NCBI RefSeq assembly: GCF_023169545.1
Contig: NZ_AP019769.1
Span: 90,001-122,000 of the forward strand
Direction of reading: 5' to 3'
DNA length: 32,000 nucleotides
Source: Nanobdella aerobiophila
GTDB lineage: Archaea; Nanobdellota; Nanobdellia; Nanobdellales; Nanobdellaceae
In this document: piece after piece, positions 7,482-15,169 of the stretch
Layout of the letters: each line of letters starts with the position of its first letter
Position numbering within the stretch: the first letter of the stretch is position 1
The notes under the pieces: generated by a model
What the model was told of the DNA's origin: nothing
What the model saw: only the letters and a program-made list of their open reading frames with translations
Databases searched by the model: none
Program-made: the position numbers and the translations under genes

Positions 7482-9445
7482 ATTGATATATTTGTTGGTA
7501 AATAAGGCCCGAAAACAGAAAAAATTACTATAATACCAATTATTGAAAATACAGTATATATTATAGTTCCTAATAATAAATTTTTTCCTATATAATAATC
7601 TATCATTGTATTATCAAATCCATATTTTATTCCAGCAGTCATATATGATGTTATAATTATAAATTCTATGAAAAATATACCAATTATAGCTTCAAAATAT
7701 GTTGGTGGTATTAAATTATATAAATTAAAAGTTTGTACTATTAATTGTTCTATCCCTGCAGAACCTGATATACCAATGGATTGATCAATTAGTTGGAAGA
7801 AGTATGCTAAAGCAAATAACATAGATATTATCCCATTATTAAAGACGGTTACTAGTGCAGATATAAATGGTATTAAATTTTTTGATGTAACATCTAACAT
7901 ACTTATTATTTCATTTAGAATCTTTCTTACATTATTTTTTATATTTATTACATTTTCTAGGTTATAGGAAATATTATATGTTATTTTTGATAATATCTCT
8001 GGACCTTTTGATATGGAATATATTATTAGTTGTAAACTTTCTCTTACTAGTTTTGATGGATAATAATTTATAGATCCATTATTAATATTGAATATAGAAT
8101 TTATTAAGTCGAAACCTTTTCTCAAATTATATATTGTTATCTTTAGGAAATTCTCCATTACCCCACTAGACTTTATTATCTTATAATTTTGATATGTTTT
8201 TTGTATTACAATTTCCATTGGATAACCATCTTCTAATAATGAGGCAAATTCATAAGTTACTATTGGAAATTCATCTTCTATTTCTTCTATTTGTTGTATT
8301 TTTTTTACTTTCTGATATGAATTAAGATAGAAATATGATCCTATACCAAGACCCAATCCTAAAGGTATTGTTAAAACAGTTAATATATTGTATAGGGCTC
8401 TATCCTGATATATTATTGATAAATATTGGCTATCTCCTGGTGGTATATATAATAATTGAATTGCTAAATTTATTATATGATAGAATCCTATAATGGATAT
8501 AGAAAGGAATATTAATGATATAAAGATTATTGGTAAATATTTACCATTTATCTTTATAGTTCCATTTCTTGGTAGGTCTTTTGATAATGATAAATCAGGT
8601 GTAGAAAAAGCAAAAGGGCTTTTAGACAATAAATTTTGGGCTATTAAGAATACTATTACTGGAAGAATAATTATATAACTAAATGCTATAAAGTAAAAAC
8701 TTACTGTATTTAATATAAATATTGATAATAATGGTAGCATAATTAATGTTATCATTGGCATCATTACTAAAAATGATACAATTGCAGTTGTTGGCTCTTT
8801 TAAATTTTCTACATATTCTTCTGATCTTTGTAAGGATTTTTTTAATGTCCATTCTAATATCCTATCAACTAATTTATTTATATCATCTATAGAACTTTTA
8901 TAGTTTATATTAATTAAATGGGTGATTGCATATACAAATTCAGGATTTATATAATACCATCTATATTGATAATATTCCAAAGCATCTTCTATTTTATTAA
9001 ATCTGTTTGTTTCTAAGTCATATATTATTTTTTTAAAATCATCTGCTAATATCCCATTCATATAATATGCTACATATTGTATTGCTTTTTCTAAATTTGG
9101 ATTTCTTTTAATATATAATGATAAATACAATAAGATCCAGACAGATTCAGAAGTTGCTTTAATCTTTACTATCTGAGTATAAAATATTGGATAATATATA
9201 AGATAAAAATTTAATATTAATAATGATATAAATAAAGAAAATGCGAATTGAAATGATATGATACTAAATATAAAATAAGTTATTATAGAAATTATAAATA
9301 AAGATATATTTGATGATAATATATTATTAGGATTTGTATTTAGCCTATTTAACCATAAATGAAATTTATAAAAATCATATATCTTCTTTGGAGCCTTTAT
9401 TTTTATTATTATAAATTTATTATAAAAATTTTCAAAAAAAGACAT
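7478..9445 (-). CDS. Putative type IV filament platform protein (FlaJ/TadC/PilC-like, two T2SSF-type repeats)
   Basis: 655 aa. The architecture is two TM helices, a soluble helical domain of about 130 aa (..IKRNPNLEKAIQYVAYYMNGILADDFKKIIYDLETNRFNKIEDALEYY..) and about four TM helices. A second soluble helical domain follows (..EDEFPIVTYEFASLLEDGYPMEIVIQKTY...KGFDLINSIF..), then three TM helices. That duplicated layout is the hallmark of T2SSF-domain platform proteins. The gene sits 2 nt downstream of a pilin-like gene. The call rests on architecture, not on measured sequence identity. Confidence 0.55.
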   Translation of the reverse strand: MSFFENFYNKFIIIKIKAPKKIYDFYKFHLWLNRLNTNPNNILSSNISLFIISIITYFIFSIISFQFAFSLFISLLILNFYLIYYPIFYTQIVKIKATSESVWILLYLSLYIKRNPNLEKAIQYVAYYMNGILADDFKKIIYDLETNRFNKIEDALEYYQYRWYYINPEFVYAITHLININYKSSIDDINKLVDRILEWTLKKSLQRSEEYVENLKEPTTAIVSFLVMMPMITLIMLPLLSIFILNTVSFYFIAFSYIIILPVIVFLIAQNLLSKSPFAFSTPDLSLSKDLPRNGTIKINGKYLPIIFISLIFLSISIIGFYHIINLAIQLLYIPPGDSQYLSIIYQDRALYNILTVLTIPLGLGLGIGSYFYLNSYQKVKKIQQIEEIEDEFPIVTYEFASLLEDGYPMEIVIQKTYQNYKIIKSSGVMENFLKITIYNLRKGFDLINSIFNINNGSINYYPSKLVRESLQLIIYSISKGPEILSKITYNISYNLENVINIKNNVRKILNEIISMLDVTSKNLIPFISALVTVFNNGIISMLFALAYFFQLIDQSIGISGSAGIEQLIVQTFNLYNLIPPTYFEAIIGIFFIEFIIITSYMTAGIKYGFDNTMIDYYIGKNLLLGTIIYTVFSIIGIIVIFSVFGPYLPTNISI

Positions 9446-9447
9446 AC

Positions 9448-10197
9448 TTATACGCTATTCAATTCATTATACTGGAAATCTAATAATGCTTGGCATAAAG
9501 GTGTCTGATCTTGATTTATATTTATTGATGGGCATATTCCATTTACATATATTTCTCCATTTTGTACAATTATGCTTAGATTTCCTGCGCAATAATTTTG
9601 ATTATAGTAATTTACTACATTTATTAAAGCTCCGAACACCTGGTTAGTTATCCAGGTTGGTATATTTCCATTACATGTAGATGGACCTGGATATAATATT
9701 GTGGAAGGTTGAGATATATATAATTCTACATTTCCATTTGAGACATTTATTTCTGTAGATGATGCATATTGACCAAATACATATTTTGTTGCTTGATTTG
9801 CATTATAATCTAGTGTATTTATATAATATTGACATTCTATATACATACAATCTAGAGGAGTTATGGAATATCCTTGATAACTACATGATTGACCATTATT
9901 AGAATTTCCATATAACTGATTTACTATTGTACATGGTACAGAATTTTCACATAAGTAATATCCAGGACTATTTTCAGTGTATCCATTTCCTATACTTACA
10001 TATTGGCTACAATAATCTATAGGATTAGAACATGCACTAGTGCATGTTGATACAGCCTGTTGAATTTCAGTATTTGATATAGTTCCAATTTTTGATGCTT
10101 GTTGAGTAAATAATTTTATTACTATTACTGCTACCACTAACATAATTAATATTACGAATATAAGTTCCACTGCCATGTCAATACCTCTTTTTTTCAT
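9448..10197 (-). CDS. Cys-rich pilin-like protein with class III (prepilin-type) signal peptide
   Basis: The ORF-track start at 10209 is a TTG; the first ATG is at 10197-10195. That gives MKKRGIDMAVELIFVILIMLVVAVIVIKLF: a basic stretch, G, an acidic residue, then a long hydrophobic helix. This compares well with archaeal pilins of the KKGQIAMELGIL type. The mature domain has more than 10 Cys and many sequons. Confidence 0.65.
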   Translation of the reverse strand: MKKRGIDMAVELIFVILIMLVVAVIVIKLFTQQASKIGTISNTEIQQAVSTCTSACSNPIDYCSQYVSIGNGYTENSPGYYLCENSVPCTIVNQLYGNSNNGQSCSYQGYSITPLDCMYIECQYYINTLDYNANQATKYVFGQYASSTEINVSNGNVELYISQPSTILYPGPSTCNGNIPTWITNQVFGALINVVNYYNQNYCAGNLSIIVQNGEIYVNGICPSININQDQTPLCQALLDFQYNELNSV

Positions 10198-10220
10198 ATA
10201 AATTAACAATTCTTTATAAT

Positions 10221-10631
10221 TTATAAATATTTAATTATTATGTATAGATCTTTATCTTCTTTTAATAAATTTATGATATCCCTTTTAATATCTATAGAAC
10301 TTTTATTTGAATATATTGCTAATGTTCTATCATCTATAAAATTACTTTTCCTTATAATAATACTGTTTTCTGATTTAAAACTTAAATTTTTTGACCCATA
10401 TGCAATAATTTTATCAATTAAATTATCTACTTTTATTATTATCTTTATCTTTCCTTCTGATAATAAATATTCTTTCAAATCTTCCGGAATTTCACTTGCC
10501 GAAAAATTCGCATTTATACCTATAATGCAATCACCTCTCTCTGTTAAAAAATCGTCTTTTGTAACCTCTAGAGTGGATTTGTGGGTTGCCTTTATTAATC
10601 TATTTCCTTTTGCTTTTATTTCAAATTTCAT
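10221..10631 (-). CDS. Small conserved archaeal protein, DUF371-like (tentative)
   Basis: 136 aa, soluble. The N-terminal block KATHKSTLEVTKDDFLTERGDCIIGINA matches my recollection of the DUF371 signature (..H.tT.E.Tk...LT.rGDCIigv.a). Its start overlaps the ATP-grasp gene stop by 11 nt. Confidence 0.45.
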   Translation of the reverse strand: MKFEIKAKGNRLIKATHKSTLEVTKDDFLTERGDCIIGINANFSASEIPEDLKEYLLSEGKIKIIIKVDNLIDKIIAYGSKNLSFKSENSIIIRKSNFIDDRTLAIYSNKSSIDIKRDIINLLKEDKDLYIIIKYL

Positions 10632-11460
10632 TTAAGTAATCTAAAATTCCTTTAACTAGATTTTTATTTAAATATTTTTCAAATCCTTCAAACTGGAATA
10701 TATTATGTATGTCAATTAAATAATAAGTATTTTCTTTTAATAATAGATCAAAAGCAAATATCTGTAGATCCATTTTTTCAGAAATTTTATATGATATTTC
10801 TTCTATTTCTTTATCAATTTTATATTCTTTTCCTCTACCGCCCTGGCTTATATTTGCTTTATAAGATTCGTTATTTATTCTTTGCATGGCACCGAAAGGT
10901 TTTCCTATGAAAATTACTCTTATGTCTTTTTCATAAGGTATATATTCTTGAAAAATTAGATGTTTTATATCCCTTTTATTTTCCAAATATTCGTCTAAAA
11001 AGTTATATAATTCTTCTTCATTATTTATCTTAAATACGAATTCACCCCTATGAATGAATTGATGTTTTACCATTATTGGAAAACTTAGCTTTTCGAGGAT
11101 GAATCTTATGTTTTTCACTGAATATATTTTATAAAATTTCGGTATCTTTATATATTTTCTTAATTTATCATAAAAAAATGTTTTACTTGCTATTTGGTTA
11201 TTTATATGTAGTTTATTTATGACATTTTTTCCATTATCATTTAAATAATTTGCTAAAATATTGGAATCATATGTGAATGTCATTCCAAGATAGAAATAAA
11301 AATTATCATATTCTAATATCTTTGTATTTTCATAAGGATATACTAGGTATTTATATGCCTCTACTATATCTATATTATTGTAACCACTTATTTCATCGTA
11401 AAATCTTTTTATTCTATAATCTTCTAAATTTTGTCTTATAAGAATCGCTATTTTTTTCAT
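10621..11460 (-). CDS. ATP-grasp ligase, RimK/LysX-like
   Basis: 279 aa. Typical RimK-type blocks are present: FPIMVKHQFIHRGEFVFKI, LIFQEYIPYEKDIRVIFIGKPFGAMQRI and SYKANISQGGRGKEY. The substrate cannot be assigned. Confidence 0.6.
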   Translation of the reverse strand: MKKIAILIRQNLEDYRIKRFYDEISGYNNIDIVEAYKYLVYPYENTKILEYDNFYFYLGMTFTYDSNILANYLNDNGKNVINKLHINNQIASKTFFYDKLRKYIKIPKFYKIYSVKNIRFILEKLSFPIMVKHQFIHRGEFVFKINNEEELYNFLDEYLENKRDIKHLIFQEYIPYEKDIRVIFIGKPFGAMQRINNESYKANISQGGRGKEYKIDKEIEEISYKISEKMDLQIFAFDLLLKENTYYLIDIHNIFQFEGFEKYLNKNLVKGILDYLNEI

Positions 11461-11511
11461 TTTTTATTTACTATGTAAAAAAGATATAAGCTTTTTTATG
11501 AATAAAGTTAT
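11461..11511. promoter_or_regulatory. Divergent promoter region (ATP-grasp/surface operon leftwards, RNA polymerase operon rightwards)
   Basis: This is the only noncoding gap (51 bp) between two long, oppositely oriented and otherwise gapless gene strings. It contains TATA-like A/T hexamers (aaagatataagc, ttttttatgaataaa). Individual boxes cannot be called in sequence this AT-rich. Confidence 0.35.
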
Positions 11512-11814
11512 ATGGCTTCTTCTAAGAATAGTCGAAAGTCTCATAAAAAATCCGTTCCTAAAAAAACAAGAGATCTAAATGAAGTAGATATATCAAAACA
11601 TTATTTGGTACCAAAACACGAAAAGATAGATGAGCAAGAGAAGCAAGAATTATTAAGGAATTATAATATAAAGCTATCTGATTTACCAAGAATAAAAATT
11701 TCTGATCCAGCTATAAGAAAATTAGAAGTTAAACCAGGGGATGTTATAAAGATTATTAGAGATTCACCTACTGCCGGAGAGAGTATATATTATAGGGTTG
11801 TGATTGAGGATTAA
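11512..11814 (+). CDS. rpoH: DNA-directed RNA polymerase subunit H (Rpo5)
   Basis: HYLVPKHEKIDEQEKQELLRNYNIKLSDLPRIKISDPAIRKLEVKPGDVIKIIRDSPTAGESIYYRVV matches the RpoH consensus. It heads the rpoB/rpoA operon as in other archaea. It carries a K/S/R-rich N-terminal extension of about 29 aa. Confidence 0.9.
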   Translation: MASSKNSRKSHKKSVPKKTRDLNEVDISKHYLVPKHEKIDEQEKQELLRNYNIKLSDLPRIKISDPAIRKLEVKPGDVIKIIRDSPTAGESIYYRVVIED

Positions 11815-11836
11815 ACTTATAAAAACGTATTATAAA

Positions 11837-13354
11837 ATGAATAATGTGGATAAAAATAAAGACAAGTATATACTTTTATATAAATACCTTGATGAAAACC
11901 AATTGCTGAACATACATCTCAGATCCTTCGAGTATTTCGCGGATGTAGAAATGACAGAGATAGGGAAAAAGTTGGGCGTATTCTCTCCAAGGATATTGCC
12001 TTCTGGTTTAAGAGATCTACAATTTAAGATAGATAAGATATGGTTGAGTAAGGCAGATTTTATGGAAAAAGAAGGAGTTCCAAGGTTAATATATCCAAAT
12101 GAAGCATTAATTAGGAATATAACCTATTCTGGAATGGTTTATATGGAATTTTCAGTATTTGAGAATGAATCGTATAAGACTAAATACCAGGTTAGTATTG
12201 GAAGGTTACCAATCATGATAAGATCAAAATATTGTAATACATATGGATTATCTGAAGAAGAATTAATAAAATTAGGTGAAGATCCTACAGACAGAGGTGG
12301 ATATTTTATAATAAATGGTAGTGAAAAAGTTATAATATTATCAGAAGAATTATCTACAAATAGATTTTATGTCCAAGAAGCTAATAGTCCAGTAAAATAT
12401 AGTGGATATTTACTATCGGAAGCTGTTACATTACAATCTTCACATAGGATGGAATTAATGAAAGATGGAATATTATATATCTCATTTGAAAGATATAAAA
12501 GAATACCATTAATTCCATTAATAAAGGCTTTAGGATTATCAAAAGATTCGGAAATTGCACAATTGATAAATGAGGATGACAATTTTGAAGAGACATTTAT
12601 TAATCTATTGGAATATCAAGATATGAATGAAATAGATGATAATATTAGATTCTTAGCAGATAGATTGAGATTAACAGGTAATTTTGATGTAAAAAAAGAG
12701 AAATTATTGGGAATTTTAGATTCAAAATTATTACCTCATGTAGGTACTGAACCAAAAGATAGATTATGGAAGGCATATAATTTAGCTAAGATGGCGAGAA
12801 AAATATTATTATTAGCCCACGGAAAGATAAAAGAGGATATAAAAGATCACTTTTCTAATAAGGTAGTGAGGACTCCTGGAGAATTATTAAGAGAAATGTT
12901 CCTTATAACATTAAAAACAATAATGAATGATGCGATGTACCAATATGAGAGGTTAATCAGAAGGGGAAGAGTGCCTCCATATAATTCTATATTTAGATCA
13001 AAGATATTTAGTGAAAGATTTGAGTCTGCTATGGGTACTGGAAAATGGACTAGGAATAGAAATGGTATAGCTCAATCATTAGATAGAACAAATAAAATTG
13101 CTGTTTTATCCCATCTTACTAGAGTATTTTCGTCCATATCCGAAGAAGCAGAATTATTAGAAGCTAGAATGGTTCATGGTACTCATTGGGGAAGATTAGA
13201 TTTAATTGAAACTCCAGAGGGTCATGAAACAGGATTAAGAAAGAATTTATCTTTATTGTCTAAGATTAGTTTTGAAGAAGTAGATAGAGATAATTTAATA
13301 AAGAGTTTGGAAAGTATAGGATTAAGGCCAATAGTTAAAAATATTTCTAAGTAA
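11837..13354 (+). CDS. rpoB2: DNA-directed RNA polymerase subunit B'' (N-terminal part of split Rpo2)
   Basis: The ORF-track start at 11804 is a TTG that overlaps rpoH; the first ATG, at 11837, gives MNNVDKNKDKYILLYKYL... Conserved blocks include GRLPIMIRSKYC, DRGGYFIINGSEKVII and HGTHWGRLDLIETPEG. The gene ends where split-B archaea divide the subunit. Confidence 0.92.
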   Translation: MNNVDKNKDKYILLYKYLDENQLLNIHLRSFEYFADVEMTEIGKKLGVFSPRILPSGLRDLQFKIDKIWLSKADFMEKEGVPRLIYPNEALIRNITYSGMVYMEFSVFENESYKTKYQVSIGRLPIMIRSKYCNTYGLSEEELIKLGEDPTDRGGYFIINGSEKVIILSEELSTNRFYVQEANSPVKYSGYLLSEAVTLQSSHRMELMKDGILYISFERYKRIPLIPLIKALGLSKDSEIAQLINEDDNFEETFINLLEYQDMNEIDDNIRFLADRLRLTGNFDVKKEKLLGILDSKLLPHVGTEPKDRLWKAYNLAKMARKILLLAHGKIKEDIKDHFSNKVVRTPGELLREMFLITLKTIMNDAMYQYERLIRRGRVPPYNSIFRSKIFSERFESAMGTGKWTRNRNGIAQSLDRTNKIAVLSHLTRVFSSISEEAELLEARMVHGTHWGRLDLIETPEGHETGLRKNLSLLSKISFEEVDRDNLIKSLESIGLRPIVKNISK

Positions 13355-13364
13355 GTAAAATAAA

Positions 13365-15167
13365 ATGTCTTACGAGGTTTATCTAGATAATATATTTATA
13401 GGATACGTGGAAGATTATGAAGATTTTATCAGAGATTTTAAAGAAAAAAGGAGATCAGGTATTATACCAGAATTTGTAAATATATCTTTAGATGAAGATA
13501 GGAAAATAGTAGAGATAAACACAAGAAAAGGCAGGATTTTAAGACCTTTAATTGTAGTAAAAGATAAAAAGCCATTATTAACTAAAGAAGATATTGAAAA
13601 ATTATCTAGGGGAGAGCTGTCATGGTCAGATTTGGAAAAGATGGGTGTTATAGAATGGGTAGATCCCGAAGAAGAAGAAAATTTAAAGGTAGCGTTATAT
13701 CCAGAGGATATAAAAGATGATACGACACATTTGGAAGTTTCTTCATTAATAATATTTGGTATAGCTACATCATTAAATCCTTTCTCTAATAAAAATCAGT
13801 CTGCAAGATTAAATAGAGGGGTTAGACCGTTAAAGCAATCTCATGCTATATATTCTTTAAATTACCATAATAGATTTGATACAGATATATCTATATTATA
13901 TTATCCTCAGCAACCAATTGTAAGAACATTTTCTAATAAGATATTTCAAAAAGAGAATTTAATTGGTCAAAATGTAGTAGTAGCAGTTATGACTCAAGAT
14001 GGATATAATATAGAAGATGCATTAATAATGAGTAAAAGTTCTATAGAAAGAGGAATATTTAGATCCGTATACTTTAGATCATATGAAGTAGAAAAATTGA
14101 GATACCCCGGTGGTCTGCAGGATGAAATAGGTATTCCGGATCCATCTATAGAACTATATAGGGGGAAAGATAAATATAAATATTTGGAAGAAGATGGTAT
14201 TGTATCATTGGAATCTTATGTTTCTGCTGATGATGTTATTGTTGGTAGAACTTCTCCACCAAGGTTTTTAGGTCTGAGCTCTGAAAGTATAACTACTGGT
14301 TTAAGGAAGAAAGACTCTTCTTTAACGATGGGCGGTGGAGAAGAAGGATATGTAGATTCGGTTGTAGTTACAGAATCTCCTGATGGTAATACTTTAATAA
14401 AAATAAGAGTTAGAGATCTAAGAATACCAGAACTTGGTGATAAATTTACTGTAAGACATGGTCAAAAGGGCGTAATCGGAATGATTGTAGAGGGAACGGA
14501 TGTACCATGGTCATCTTCTGGTATTAGACCTGATATAATATTTTCTCCAGCTGGTATTCCATCTAGGGAAACTTTTGGACTATTACTAGAATTATTAGGT
14601 GGTAAGGTAGGATCATTAAATGGCAGATATGTAGACGGTACTCCTTGGTATGGTGAAGATGAAGAAGAATTAAGGAAGGAGTTATTATCTTTAGGATTTA
14701 AAGATGATGGTACTGAAACCTTATATAATCCAATTACTGGAGATGAATTTAAAGCGAAAATATTTATAGGTAGCTTATATTACCTTAGATTAAAATATAT
14801 GGCTAAAAATAAATTACAAGCAAGAGCTACAGGTCCAATAACGCTATTGACGAAACAACCAACTGAGGGAAAATCTAAAAAAGGTGGTTTGAGATTTAGT
14901 GAGATGGAAAATGAGGTACTTGCAGCTCATGGTTCTTCTATATTATTAAGAGAAATGTTCTCTTCTGATGATTCTGTAATATTTGTATGTGAATCCTGTG
15001 GTTCGCTAGCTACAGAAGATAATATAAGAAATAGATTATATTGTCCCGTTTGTGGTGAAACTGAAAAAATTTCTAAAGTAAAAGTTTCATATGGTTTTAC
15101 TTTATTATTAAAAGAATTAATTTCTATAGGTATTTGGCCAAGATTAAAGCTTGATTATAAATTCTGA
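13365..15167 (+). CDS. rpoB1: DNA-directed RNA polymerase subunit B' (C-terminal part of split Rpo2)
   Basis: Conserved blocks include YNIEDALIMSKSSIERG, GDKFTVRHGQKGVIG, YYLRLKYMAKNKLQARATGP, GGLRFSEMENEVL and the Zn ribbon CESCGS...CPVCG. It starts 10 nt after rpoB2. Confidence 0.95.
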   Translation: MSYEVYLDNIFIGYVEDYEDFIRDFKEKRRSGIIPEFVNISLDEDRKIVEINTRKGRILRPLIVVKDKKPLLTKEDIEKLSRGELSWSDLEKMGVIEWVDPEEEENLKVALYPEDIKDDTTHLEVSSLIIFGIATSLNPFSNKNQSARLNRGVRPLKQSHAIYSLNYHNRFDTDISILYYPQQPIVRTFSNKIFQKENLIGQNVVVAVMTQDGYNIEDALIMSKSSIERGIFRSVYFRSYEVEKLRYPGGLQDEIGIPDPSIELYRGKDKYKYLEEDGIVSLESYVSADDVIVGRTSPPRFLGLSSESITTGLRKKDSSLTMGGGEEGYVDSVVVTESPDGNTLIKIRVRDLRIPELGDKFTVRHGQKGVIGMIVEGTDVPWSSSGIRPDIIFSPAGIPSRETFGLLLELLGGKVGSLNGRYVDGTPWYGEDEEELRKELLSLGFKDDGTETLYNPITGDEFKAKIFIGSLYYLRLKYMAKNKLQARATGPITLLTKQPTEGKSKKGGLRFSEMENEVLAAHGSSILLREMFSSDDSVIFVCESCGSLATEDNIRNRLYCPVCGETEKISKVKVSYGFTLLLKELISIGIWPRLKLDYKF

Positions 15168-15169
15168 TT

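Noticed and set aside
10621-11460. Speculation that the RimK-like ligase post-translationally adds an acidic tail to the tail-less P0 protein.
   Set aside because: There is no sequence support. P0 ends in ..LNIQ, not in the Glu-terminated C-terminus that RimK-type enzymes extend. The genes are 14 kb apart on opposite strands.
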